Below, piece after piece: positions 1 through 8,880 of a DNA stretch of 59,845 bases. The notes under the pieces are model-generated. The model worked only from the letters and a program-made list of their open reading frames with translations. It had not been told where the DNA came from and did not search any database. A program made the translations under genes and the position numbers. Each line of letters starts with the position of its first letter. Within the stretch, counting starts at the first letter, position 1. The stretch covers positions 1-59,845 of the forward strand of contig CAMVRE010000003.1 in the NCBI GenBank assembly GCA_947169825.1, read 5' to 3'. The DNA comes from an uncultured Verrucomicrobiota bacterium. Lineage in GTDB: Bacteria; Verrucomicrobiota; Kiritimatiellia; RFP12; UBA3636.

Positions 1-3000
1 GGCGGCGGCGAAGGCCGCGCCTGGCGCAACGCGACGGCCTTCGCGACCGACGCGGCCCAGGGCGCCGACGGCTTCGGCGGCGGCGGCGGCGGCGGCTCGT
101 CCTGCGGCGTCTCGGGCGTCGATGCGGCGCTCCAGGCCTACCGCGGCGGCAAGGGCGGCAGCGGCGTCGTGATCGTCCGCATGCTCACCTCCACCCTCGA
201 AACGGCCGATCCCGTCGTTTCCCTCAAGGCGGCCGAACCGGCGACGGGCGGCCTCGACCTCGATTTCACGGTCCACTCGTTCGGCGGGGACGCCCTGTCG
301 GCGGACCTGTTCTTCGCCTGGGGCGAGGGCGGCGCGCTCTCGCACACCAACGACCTCGGGACGGTCTCGGCCACCGGCGCCGTCTCCCGCGCCGTCGCCG
401 GCCTCAAGCCCGGCACGGCCTACGCGTGCCAGCTCGTCGTGGACAACGGCGAAGGCGGCCGGACCGCGATCCCGGTTTCGTTCCGCACCGCGGGCGAATC
501 GCACGCGGACGCCGACAGCGGCCTCGTGACGGGCGCGTGGACGGTTTCCGCCTGGCCTGAAAACGACACGACGTTCTTCTCCGACAACCTCCTGCGCGCC
601 TCGCGCGGCGGTTCCGCCATGATGACCCAGAACCGCTACAAGAGCGGCTACTGGGGCGAAGCCCCCGGCGGCGCGAACCAGGGCGGCAACGAGGCCGACA
701 TGATCGACGGCGTGATGAACCGGACCAACAACCGCTACATCGCCTTCGGCACGAACAACGTCGTCGTCTTCACGCTGGCGGAGCCGTCGGCCCTGTCCTC
801 GATGCGCTTCTTCGCCGGCTGGGGCGCGAACGACGGCTGGACGCCGATCGCGATCGAGGCGATCGACGTCCGCTCCGGCGCGAACGAGGAATGGACCACG
901 CTCGCGGGCTCCGCCTTCCAGCAGGCGGAGCGGACGGGCGCGTGGGGCGAGTTCGCCACGATCGAGGCCGGCGGCAACGACTGGCTCGCGCGCGACGTGC
1001 GCCAGATCCGCGTCCGCTTCGACAAGAACCTCCTCGGCAACCACGACGGCACGATGTATTGGGAAATCGAGGCGCAGGGCGCCGCCGAGGCGGACGCCCC
1101 GGCGCTGCACGCCCGCACCGGCCGCGGCCGCGCGATTTCGGCCGGCGGCGCGATGCGCACGGCGACCTCGCTGAGCGCGGTCGCGAGCGCTCCCGCGGGC
1201 GCGCCCGCGTTCGCCGACGTCATCGCGGTGTGGGGCTCGTCCTACGCCGGCGAGGACACGAACGCCTGGGACCACGCGCGCTCGATCGGCACGATGGGCG
1301 AAGCGGCCTCGTCGCTCGCGCATTCGGTTTCCGGCGCCGAGGCCGAGGGCGCGGTCTACCTGCGCTTCTGCGGCGTGGGCGCGGACGGCACCGTCTCGTG
1401 GAGCGATTCGATCTACGTGCCGGACCTGCCGGTCCTCACGGACGTGCCGCCGGTCGTCGTCTTCGGCTCGGCCTCGTCCTCCGGCGCGTCCGCGGACATC
1501 TCGGCGACCGTCGTCTCGGCCGGCTCGCTCGCGGCGGAGCAGAAGGTCGACGTCGTGCTGCAATACACGCTCGACCCGGACGGCTTCGCCGAGGGCGTTT
1601 CCTTCGACACGTTCGCGTTCGCGGACGACGCGCCCGTCGGCGCGATCGCCCCGGTCACGGTTTCCCCGCTCCGGGCCGAGCGCCGCTACTACGCGCGTCT
1701 CGTCGCGGAGAACGACGCGGGACAGGTCTCCACGAACGAGGTCTTCACGTTCGATACCGCCGCGGGCGTCTCGGAGGACGTGGCCGGCGGCGACTGGGGC
1801 CTCCTGCAGCAGGTCGTGACGGGCCTGAGCGACGGTTCGCGCTTCGAGTCCATCCGCGCCACGGTCTGGGACGAGGCGCAGGCCGACGCCGTCGAAGGGA
1901 CGATCATGGCCTACACGACCGGCTCCAAGACGAGCACCAAGAACGGGAAGACCTACGCATGGGGCGGCAACGCCGGCTTCATCTACCGCGGCGTCATCCA
2001 TCTCGTGGGCGGCGTCGAATACAAGTTCGCGGGCCGCATCGACGACGTGGTCGAGCTCAAGATCGCCGACCGGACCATTCTCGGGATGGAGGCCTACAAC
2101 AGCGCCGCCTTCGGATCCTGGACGCCGCCGGCCACGGGGTGGTACGACATCGATGTCCGCATGTCCAACGGCGGCGGCGGCGCGGGCTACGGCTTCGGCC
2201 TCGGCTGGAGCGACAACGGCTCGACGACGTTCGACGCGAACCACATGAATCCGTTCACCGATCCCGGCGACGGATCCCTTCTCCGGACCGGCGCGGCGCG
2301 CATTCTTTCCATCGGGCGCGCGGAGGCCGGCGCCACCGGTGTCTCCCTCCGGGCGACGCTCACCGAAGGCCGTCCGTCCGAGGGCTCGCTCGTCGCCGTC
2401 TGGGGCGCGCAGGACGCCGGGACGGACGCCGTTTCGGACTGGGCGGGCAGCCTGACGATTCTCGCCAACGTGGACGAGACGGAGCAGACGTTCGACGGCT
2501 CGGTCGCGCTCGACCCGGCCGCGACGCCGGTCGTGCGCGTCGTCTTCGTCCCGGCGGGCGGCGGCGATCCGCTCTGGTCCACGCCGATCGTCCTGGACGC
2601 CGACAGCCCGACGATCGGCCCGGTCGCCGCCGTCACGGACGGCGACCGCCTGACCGTCTCCGGCTCGATGGCGAGCCTCGGCACCGGAGCGGACTTCGAG
2701 CTGACGCTGCTCTGGGGCTACAAGGAGGACTTCTCCGACGCGGACTCGACGAACCTGACGGTCGCGGCGGACGGCACGTTCTCCAAGGCGGTCCCCGCGA
2801 TACCGTCGACGAACGGCTGGTGGCGGCTCGTCGCCCGCACGTCGGACGGCGGCGTCGACGCCACGCTCCCGGCCGCGTTCGAGACGCAGGGCGGCTCGGT
2901 CCTGAAGCAGCTCGCCACGGCGACGGTGTCGCACCACGACATCACCGCCTCGGGCACGCTCGAGGTGCTTGGCGCCGGCACGACGACCGTCACGCTCTGG

Positions 3001-4320
3001 GCGGGCTCCGACGAGAACTCCCTCGCCCCGGTCGCCGGCTCCTCCAAGGTCCTCGCGGTCCCCGGCCCGTTCTCCGTGACCGGCACGGTGCCGGGCGACC
3101 CGCACCTGGTCTACTGGAAGATCGTGAGCGAGAACGTCGCCCCCGGCGGCTCGACGTGGACGAGCGAATCGCCCGTCTACACGATCACGACCGAGGACGC
3201 CGCGACCTACACGTGGAAGGCCGAGAAGACCGAAGGCGACTGGGACGACCCGGCCAACTGGGACGTCTCCGGCATCCCGGACGTTGCGGACTGCATCGGC
3301 TACCCGAACCACGGCAAGTGCGCCGTCGTCTTCCCGAACGGCACCGCGGCGACGATCGCCGTCCCGGCGGGCGAGTTCAAGTTCGACCACATGGCGCTCA
3401 ACGTGAACTCGCTCGACGTCACGCTCGTTGGCGAAGGCGCGAATGCCACGACCCTGAACGGCAACGTCTGGGGCGGCGACGACAACTCCGTCTGGGACGG
3501 CTGGCGCGTCGTGTTTGACAACCTCACGGTGACCGAATACGACAACATCCGCCTCGGCGGCCCGCGGACGCAGAACGCCACGCTCCGCCTGCAGAACGGC
3601 GCCGTCCTGTCGCTCAACGGCTGGCAGGAGAGCAAGGGCACCAACGTCTGGCTCGAGGCGGTCGGCGGCTCGCAGCTCCTCTGGCGCAACGGCGACGGCG
3701 ACAACGCCGGCCTCACGCTCTGGGTCGCGGACGGCGGCCTGCTGCTCGAAGACTCGTCGGCCAACCCGCCGGACTTCAACTACGAGCGCGGCAACGGTCG
3801 CGACTACAACAAGTCCACGCCCGGCGACCAGAGCGTGATCCTGAAGGGCGCGTCCGTCTTCCGGATCCGCCGCTACGGCCGGCCCTACAGCGAAAGCGAG
3901 GATTCGGGCGGTTTCGGCGCCCTCACGATCACGTTCTCGGTCCCGCTGTCGGGCTGGGTCGACGCGCACGAGGACGCCCCGCTCTACGCCGACTACGTGC
4001 GCGGCACCGCGGACAACAAGAAGTTCGCGTGGCGCTCCCTCGGCAAGGAGGTCCCGGTGGTGCTCGCGGTCGACAAATACAGCCCGCTCCTGCAGTCGGG
4101 TCATTCGCGTACGGGCGCCCGCAGGGTGCAGCTCGTGGAGTGGAACGCCGGCATCGACACGAAGAACGTGACGCTGACCGACCGCAAGGGCGTGCACATG
4201 TATTACACCTACGGGTTCCCGAAGCAGACGCGCACGACGCCGAACTCGGCGGACGAGATCCCGACCGGCGTCGCGGCGGACATCGTCGGCCAGGCCGGCA
4301 CGCTCCTGATGATCCACTAG
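1..4320 (+). CDS. Large secreted/surface multidomain protein, 5'-truncated (Gly-rich module, discoidin-like and PA14-like domains, beta-rich repeats)
   Basis: Frame 1 is open from base 1 (GGGEGRAW...GGKGGSGVVIVR), so the gene starts left of the window and the ORF-track start at 169 is an artefact. A PA14-like segment is visible (FIYRGVIHL..FAGRIDDVVELKI..GWYDIDVRMSNGGGG). The protein ends GTLLMIH-TAG and has very high GC3. Confidence 0.8.
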   Translation, partial: GGGEGRAWRNATAFATDAAQGADGFGGGGGGGSSCGVSGVDAALQAYRGGKGGSGVVIVRMLTSTLETADPVVSLKAAEPATGGLDLDFTVHSFGGDALSADLFFAWGEGGALSHTNDLGTVSATGAVSRAVAGLKPGTAYACQLVVDNGEGGRTAIPVSFRTAGESHADADSGLVTGAWTVSAWPENDTTFFSDNLLRASRGGSAMMTQNRYKSGYWGEAPGGANQGGNEADMIDGVMNRTNNRYIAFGTNNVVVFTLAEPSALSSMRFFAGWGANDGWTPIAIEAIDVRSGANEEWTTLAGSAFQQAERTGAWGEFATIEAGGNDWLARDVRQIRVRFDKNLLGNHDGTMYWEIEAQGAAEADAPALHARTGRGRAISAGGAMRTATSLSAVASAPAGAPAFADVIAVWGSSYAGEDTNAWDHARSIGTMGEAASSLAHSVSGAEAEGAVYLRFCGVGADGTVSWSDSIYVPDLPVLTDVPPVVVFGSASSSGASADISATVVSAGSLAAEQKVDVVLQYTLDPDGFAEGVSFDTFAFADDAPVGAIAPVTVSPLRAERRYYARLVAENDAGQVSTNEVFTFDTAAGVSEDVAGGDWGLLQQVVTGLSDGSRFESIRATVWDEAQADAVEGTIMAYTTGSKTSTKNGKTYAWGGNAGFIYRGVIHLVGGVEYKFAGRIDDVVELKIADRTILGMEAYNSAAFGSWTPPATGWYDIDVRMSNGGGGAGYGFGLGWSDNGSTTFDANHMNPFTDPGDGSLLRTGAARILSIGRAEAGATGVSLRATLTEGRPSEGSLVAVWGAQDAGTDAVSDWAGSLTILANVDETEQTFDGSVALDPAATPVVRVVFVPAGGGDPLWSTPIVLDADSPTIGPVAAVTDGDRLTVSGSMASLGTGADFELTLLWGYKEDFSDADSTNLTVAADGTFSKAVPAIPSTNGWWRLVARTSDGGVDATLPAAFETQGGSVLKQLATATVSHHDITASGTLEVLGAGTTTVTLWAGSDENSLAPVAGSSKVLAVPGPFSVTGTVPGDPHLVYWKIVSENVAPGGSTWTSESPVYTITTEDAATYTWKAEKTEGDWDDPANWDVSGIPDVADCIGYPNHGKCAVVFPNGTAATIAVPAGEFKFDHMALNVNSLDVTLVGEGANATTLNGNVWGGDDNSVWDGWRVVFDNLTVTEYDNIRLGGPRTQNATLRLQNGAVLSLNGWQESKGTNVWLEAVGGSQLLWRNGDGDNAGLTLWVADGGLLLEDSSANPPDFNYERGNGRDYNKSTPGDQSVILKGASVFRIRRYGRPYSESEDSGGFGALTITFSVPLSGWVDAHEDAPLYADYVRGTADNKKFAWRSLGKEVPVVLAVDKYSPLLQSGHSRTGARRVQLVEWNAGIDTKNVTLTDRKGVHMYYTYGFPKQTRTTPNSADEIPTGVAADIVGQAGTLLMIH

Positions 4321-4338
4321 TCCCCTCGCACGCGCACG

Positions 4339-4370
4339 CGGCGGGGCGCGGCGATTGCCGCACCCCGCCG
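4339..4370. terminator. GC-rich hairpin after the first CDS (possible terminator or REP-like element)
   Basis: CGGCGGGGCGCGGC-GATT-GCCGCACCCCGCCG forms a 14-bp stem with one mismatch. There is no U-tract, so it is not a canonical intrinsic terminator. Confidence 0.4.
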
Positions 4371-4392
4371 AGTGTCTCCGGCCGGCGCGAAG

Positions 4393-4421
4393 TTGCGCCG
4401 GACACCCGCATCTGCTAGAAT
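4393..4421 (+). promoter_or_regulatory. Sigma70-type promoter of wzm (near-leaderless)
   Basis: TTGCGC (4393-4398), 17-bp spacer, TG-C-TAGAAT (4413-4421). The ATG follows 8 nt later, at 4430. Confidence 0.7.
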
Positions 4422-4429
4422 CGCGGTCC

Positions 4430-5245
4430 ATGCCGCCGGTCAACCAGACAGCAACGTCTCCGGACGTTCCGAACCCCTACCGCAAGCCGGGATTCCGCCA
4501 CGACGGCTTCCTCGTCGCGGAGCTCGTGAAGCGCGACTTCAAGGCGCGCTACGATCGGAGCGTCCTGGGGATGTTCTGGTGCGTGCTCCAGCCCACGCTC
4601 ATGATGGGGCTCCTCTACGCTGTCTTCTCGCTCTTCTTCAAAAGCGCCATTCCGAACTTCCCCCTCTACCTCATCTCGGGCATCGTCTTCTACCAGTTCT
4701 TCGTCGAGACGACGACCACGGCGATGCAGTCCATCCAGGAGAACGCGTCGCTCATCGCCAAGGTGAAGGTTCCCCTATGGACGTATCCGATAACCCGGGC
4801 CATCTCGAGCCTGATCAACTTCCTCTTCGCGCTGATCCCCCTGTTCTGCGTCGTCCTGCTGACACGCGTCCCCCTGCGTCCGACGATGCTGCTGCTGGCC
4901 TACAGCACGGTCTGCATGCTGTTCTTTTCGCTCGGAATCGGGCTCTTCCTCTCGTCGCTCGCCGTCTTCTTCCACGACGTGACGTTCCTCTGGGGCTTCG
5001 CGTGCATGCTCTGCATGTACGCGACGCCCGTCTTCTACCCGGAGGAGGTGCTCATGACCGGGCACCACTGGATGGTCTACTTCAACCCGCTCTACCACAT
5101 GATCCACTTTTCGCGCCTCGTCCTGAACGGGGAGATTCCGCTCCTCACGGAATTCGCCGCCTGCGCGCTCTTTGCGGCCGTCTCGTTCGTCCTGGGCCTG
5201 ATCGTGTTCCGCGCGCTCAAGAACAAATTCGCCCTCGCCCTCTGA
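4430..5245 (+). CDS. wzm: ABC-2 polysaccharide exporter permease
   Basis: ELVKRDFKARY..S.LG.FW..LQP and YATPVFYP..NPLYH motifs with about six hydrophobic segments. Start placed at ATG 4430, just after the promoter. Confidence 0.9.
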   Translation: MPPVNQTATSPDVPNPYRKPGFRHDGFLVAELVKRDFKARYDRSVLGMFWCVLQPTLMMGLLYAVFSLFFKSAIPNFPLYLISGIVFYQFFVETTTTAMQSIQENASLIAKVKVPLWTYPITRAISSLINFLFALIPLFCVVLLTRVPLRPTMLLLAYSTVCMLFFSLGIGLFLSSLAVFFHDVTFLWGFACMLCMYATPVFYPEEVLMTGHHWMVYFNPLYHMIHFSRLVLNGEIPLLTEFAACALFAAVSFVLGLIVFRALKNKFALAL

Positions 5246-5249
5246 TCCC

Positions 5250-6467
5250 ATGGACACGCTCATCGAAGCCAGGAGCCTGAGCCTCCGATTCTCCGCGCCG
5301 ACGGAGAAGAAGGGAAGCCTCAAGAAATGGGTGCTGGACGCCGTGCGCGGCCGGGTGCGAAGCCGGCACTTCCTCGCGGTGGACGACGTCTCCTTCCGCA
5401 TCGAGCGCGGCGAGGCCGTCGGCCTCGTCGGCCGGAACGGCGCCGGCAAGAGCACGCTCCTCAAGCTCGTCACCGGCATCGTGGTGCCGACCTCCGGCTC
5501 GATCGCCGTGCGCGGCCAGGTGGCGCCGCTGCTCGCCCTCGGCAACGGTCTCGACCCGACGCTCTCCGGACGCGAAAACATCTATCTCAACGGCGCGATC
5601 CTCGGCTACGAGAAAGCCTTTCTGAAAGCCCGCGAAGCCGACATTGTCGACTTCTCCGAGCTCGGCGACTTCATCGACGCCCCCGTCCGGACATACTCCT
5701 CCGGCATGACGATGCGTCTCGCGTTCTCTATCGCCTCCGCTGCCACCCCGGAAATCCTCATTCTCGACGAAGTCCTTGCCGTCGGCGATGCGCCCTTCCA
5801 AGCCAAGTGTCGCGCCCGCATCCGTGAGATCATTTCCGATGGCGCCACCGTCTTCTTCGTTTCGCACAGCCTTCCCGACATCGTGCAACTCTGCACCCGC
5901 GCCATTTGGCTGGCAAAGGGCCGGGTCGTAATGGACGGCCCCGCCGCCGAGGTCGCCGACGCCTACCACCACGACGCCGTCCCCGGCCCGGACGACCGCG
6001 AATCGTTGAACCTTCCCTTGCCCGTCCACCGCTTCCGCGCCCCGGCCCACGGGGACGAATGCCTCACGATCGACGAGGGGGAGCGGAACAGCATCCTCGC
6101 CATCATGAAGGAATGGGAGCCCGCCGGCATCGCCTACCGCGCCTTCGCGCGCCCCGTTCCGGGAACGGCTCCCCTCCACCGGTTCTACGCGCACGGCCGC
6201 CGTAGCCATTTCTACACGCTCGACCCGCACGAGCTCGACGCCTTCCGCACGCCCGGCTTCGACTGGGACTACGAGGGTATCTCCCACTACGTGTATCCGA
6301 AGAAAATCGAACATGCCGTCCCGGTGTTCCGCATTCGCGACACGAAGACCGGGAAGTTTTCCTTCAAGGCCGATGTCGGCCGCCCGGCCGGCGAAATCGC
6401 CTGGTGGGCGCTCCCGGCGGCTGCCGGCGACGGCGGGGAAGAACGGCCTCCACGGACGGAGGCATGA
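5250..6467 (+). CDS. wzt: Polysaccharide ABC exporter ATPase with C-terminal DUF5648-like triple repeat
   Basis: Walker A GRNGAGKST, signature YSSGMTMRLAFS, Walker B LILDEVLAVGD and H-loop VSH. The C-terminus (from about 6018) aligns with the HRFY..HFYT..W.YEG repeats of the downstream proteins. Confidence 0.9.
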   Translation: MDTLIEARSLSLRFSAPTEKKGSLKKWVLDAVRGRVRSRHFLAVDDVSFRIERGEAVGLVGRNGAGKSTLLKLVTGIVVPTSGSIAVRGQVAPLLALGNGLDPTLSGRENIYLNGAILGYEKAFLKAREADIVDFSELGDFIDAPVRTYSSGMTMRLAFSIASAATPEILILDEVLAVGDAPFQAKCRARIREIISDGATVFFVSHSLPDIVQLCTRAIWLAKGRVVMDGPAAEVADAYHHDAVPGPDDRESLNLPLPVHRFRAPAHGDECLTIDEGERNSILAIMKEWEPAGIAYRAFARPVPGTAPLHRFYAHGRRSHFYTLDPHELDAFRTPGFDWDYEGISHYVYPKKIEHAVPVFRIRDTKTGKFSFKADVGRPAGEIAWWALPAAAGDGGEERPPRTEA

Positions 6468-6480
6468 GGAACACCAACGC

Positions 6481-7614
6481 ATGAAGAACAAAAACATTCG
6501 GAGACTCGTCGCCTCGGCGGCGCTGGTTCTGTCGCTCGGGGCTGCCCCCGGCGCGCGGGCGAACCAACAGGTCGTCGACAGCGTGACGTGGACCTACGAG
6601 GTCAACGGCGCGAAGGCCACCATCACCGGGGCGAGCCCCCTTCCGAGCGCGCTCGTCTTCCCCAACAACCTCGGCGGCTTTACGGAGATGATCATCAAGG
6701 ATTATCTCTTTCAAACCCGCAGCGTCCTGAAGTCTGTCCGGATTTCCGACGGAGTGGCGGTCATCGGACGCTATGCTTTTTCCAAATGCCCCAACCTGAC
6801 GTCCGTGAACACCGGGAATGGCGTGAAGAACATCGGGGAGCACGCATTCATCGAATGCCGCAATCTGAAGTCCGTGACGATCGGAAACAGCGTGACGAAC
6901 ATCGGGGTCTGGGCGTTCGGCTACTGCACCAACCTCGTCTCGGTGGAGATCGGCGACGGATTGAGGAGTGTCGAGAACCACGGGTTTGGATCCTGCTACA
7001 GGCTCAGGTATCTGGCGTTCCCGGACAGTCTGGAGAGCATTGCCGCCGGCACTGGCGGCGCATTGACGACCGGCGGCGACCTGAACGCCGTCGCCGTGCC
7101 GAAGTCCTGGCAGGGGACGGACAAGCTCGACGGTACGGGAGTCCGGACCTACACCAAGATCTACTACGGTACGCAGAAGGTGACGTTCAACCCGACGGGC
7201 GGAGCGTGCGAGATGGCGACCCACAGGGTCGGAATCGGGGCGACGTACAAGGAGTTCGGCGGTCTGCCCGAGGCGACGAAGCCGGGGAGCCGGCTCGTCG
7301 GGTGGTTCACCGATCCGGGCAAGGGAACGCAGGTGACGGAGGACTCCACGGTGCCCGACACGGCGACGCGGACACTCTACGCGCGCTGGAAGCCAACGCA
7401 GACCGTGACGTTCGATCCGAACGGCGGGACCTGCCCGACGGAGACGAAGATCGTGGATCGAGGCCAGGCGACCGACACCTACGGGTGGGTGCCCGTGGCG
7501 TCGCGGGAGTATTTCGCGTTCCTCGGATGGTTTTCCGAGAAGGAGGGCGGCGAACCGGTGGAGTTCGACACGATGGTTTCGAGCGAGGCGGCGCGGACGC
7601 TCTACGCGCACTAG
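6481..7614 (+). CDS. Secreted BspA-type LRR protein with two InlB B-repeats (N-terminal part of a gene split by an in-frame TAG)
   Basis: Signal peptide, WTYEV motif, LxSVxIGxxVxxIGxxAF LRR_5 repeats, and VTFNPTGG..GWFT..TLYARW repeats. SD GAGG lies upstream, 13 nt after the wzt stop. Confidence 0.85.
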   Translation: MKNKNIRRLVASAALVLSLGAAPGARANQQVVDSVTWTYEVNGAKATITGASPLPSALVFPNNLGGFTEMIIKDYLFQTRSVLKSVRISDGVAVIGRYAFSKCPNLTSVNTGNGVKNIGEHAFIECRNLKSVTIGNSVTNIGVWAFGYCTNLVSVEIGDGLRSVENHGFGSCYRLRYLAFPDSLESIAAGTGGALTTGGDLNAVAVPKSWQGTDKLDGTGVRTYTKIYYGTQKVTFNPTGGACEMATHRVGIGATYKEFGGLPEATKPGSRLVGWFTDPGKGTQVTEDSTVPDTATRTLYARWKPTQTVTFDPNGGTCPTETKIVDRGQATDTYGWVPVASREYFAFLGWFSEKEGGEPVEFDTMVSSEAARTLYAH

Positions 7615-7629
7615 GAGGCGCCGTCCCCG

Positions 7630-8838
7630 GTGTGGCGCTTCTATTCGCCGACCTACAAGGGCCATTTTTACACGATCGACGAGACGGAGAAGGACGGTCT
7701 GATCGCGAACAACCCGAACTGGACCTTCGAGGGAGAGGCCTATCGCGCCTTCACGGTGCGGAGGCCGGGAACGGTCGCGCTCCACCGCTTCTACTCGGCG
7801 AACTACCGGGGCCACTTCTACACGGTCGACGAGGCGGAGAAGGACGACATCATCGCGACAAACCAGAAGAACTGGACCTACGAGGGCGTCGCCTACTACG
7901 TTTTTCCGATGAACAATCCGGACCGTCTTCCCGTCTACCGGTTCTGGTCCGGACGCTACCGCCACCACTTCTACACGATGGACGCGGCGGAGATGGACGG
8001 CGTCAGGGACGGCGACCCGAACTGGACGTTCGAAGGCGTTGCGTTCTGGGCGATCCCAACCGAGGAAACGATCGGCAGAATCGAGAATGGAACGGCCTCG
8101 AGCCCGGAGTTCGTCAACTGGGGCACGACCCTGGCGTGGAATCTCCCCCACGGGAACGTCGTCGCGGGCTCCGTGGAGATTTTCTTCAATGGCGAGTCGG
8201 GCTTGAAGATCCTGGCCGACGACCAAACGGGGCTCCTCGTCCCGTGTTCGACCCTTGCGGTGGAAGGCCTGGTGAAATACTCCACCGGCCGGATCACGGT
8301 GACGTTCGCCAGCCATCCGGGCTTCGGAAAGAAGGTGTTCGTCAAATACAAGTACGTCAAGTCGTTGTCGACCGCTCCGTTGTCAGTCCCCAAAATGACG
8401 GTCAAGCCGTTGGCCGCCGTGGCATATGGAAACGGCGGCGCTTCCGATGAAGTGTCGTCCAATGGCCGCGTCGCCGAAGTCGTCCCGCCGTGGACGCTCG
8501 CGGCGGTGCCGGGCGCGGCTGTGATCGCCGTTCCCGGGGAGACGGACTTCGGCGGGGTTGTCGTGGAGACCCGCGCCGCCGTGCCGGACGCGGACGAACT
8601 GGCCGCGCCTGAGACTGGAGACGCGTCCGAAACGCTCGCACTGCGGCTCTCGCCGCCCGCCGGCACTTGGAATGCGTTGCTATGGAGCTCGACGGACGGC
8701 GTCGTCGCCGACGAAACGGCCGAAGGCGCGTTCGAATTCGACCTGCCCGCGAGCGGCGTCTGGCATTGGCTCCGCGTGCGAGCTGCGGAGGACGAAGATG
8801 CAGCGGATGCCTATTCCCTCTGGTTCCGCGCGGAGTAG
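7630..8838 (+). CDS. DUF5648 triple repeat + HGNVV domain + shared C-terminal domain (C-terminal part of the split gene)
   Basis: Same frame as 6481-7614 and separated from it only by TAG plus 5 codons. Contains three RFYS..HFYT..NW.YEG repeats and ends YSLWFRAE. AGGAGG lies 11 nt before the GTG. Confidence 0.75.
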   Translation: MWRFYSPTYKGHFYTIDETEKDGLIANNPNWTFEGEAYRAFTVRRPGTVALHRFYSANYRGHFYTVDEAEKDDIIATNQKNWTYEGVAYYVFPMNNPDRLPVYRFWSGRYRHHFYTMDAAEMDGVRDGDPNWTFEGVAFWAIPTEETIGRIENGTASSPEFVNWGTTLAWNLPHGNVVAGSVEIFFNGESGLKILADDQTGLLVPCSTLAVEGLVKYSTGRITVTFASHPGFGKKVFVKYKYVKSLSTAPLSVPKMTVKPLAAVAYGNGGASDEVSSNGRVAEVVPPWTLAAVPGAAVIAVPGETDFGGVVVETRAAVPDADELAAPETGDASETLALRLSPPAGTWNALLWSSTDGVVADETAEGAFEFDLPASGVWHWLRVRAAEDEDAADAYSLWFRAE

Positions 8839-8880
8839 CGCGGGCGTCTCCGTCCGCCTTCGTCGTCCGCCCCCTCCGAC

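Noticed and set aside
7612-7614. Genome-wide TAG recoding as the explanation of the split gene
   Set aside because: TAG is the real stop for many genes here (4320, 8838, 16065, 25196, 27685, 29946, 32018), and no other gene has an internal TAG.
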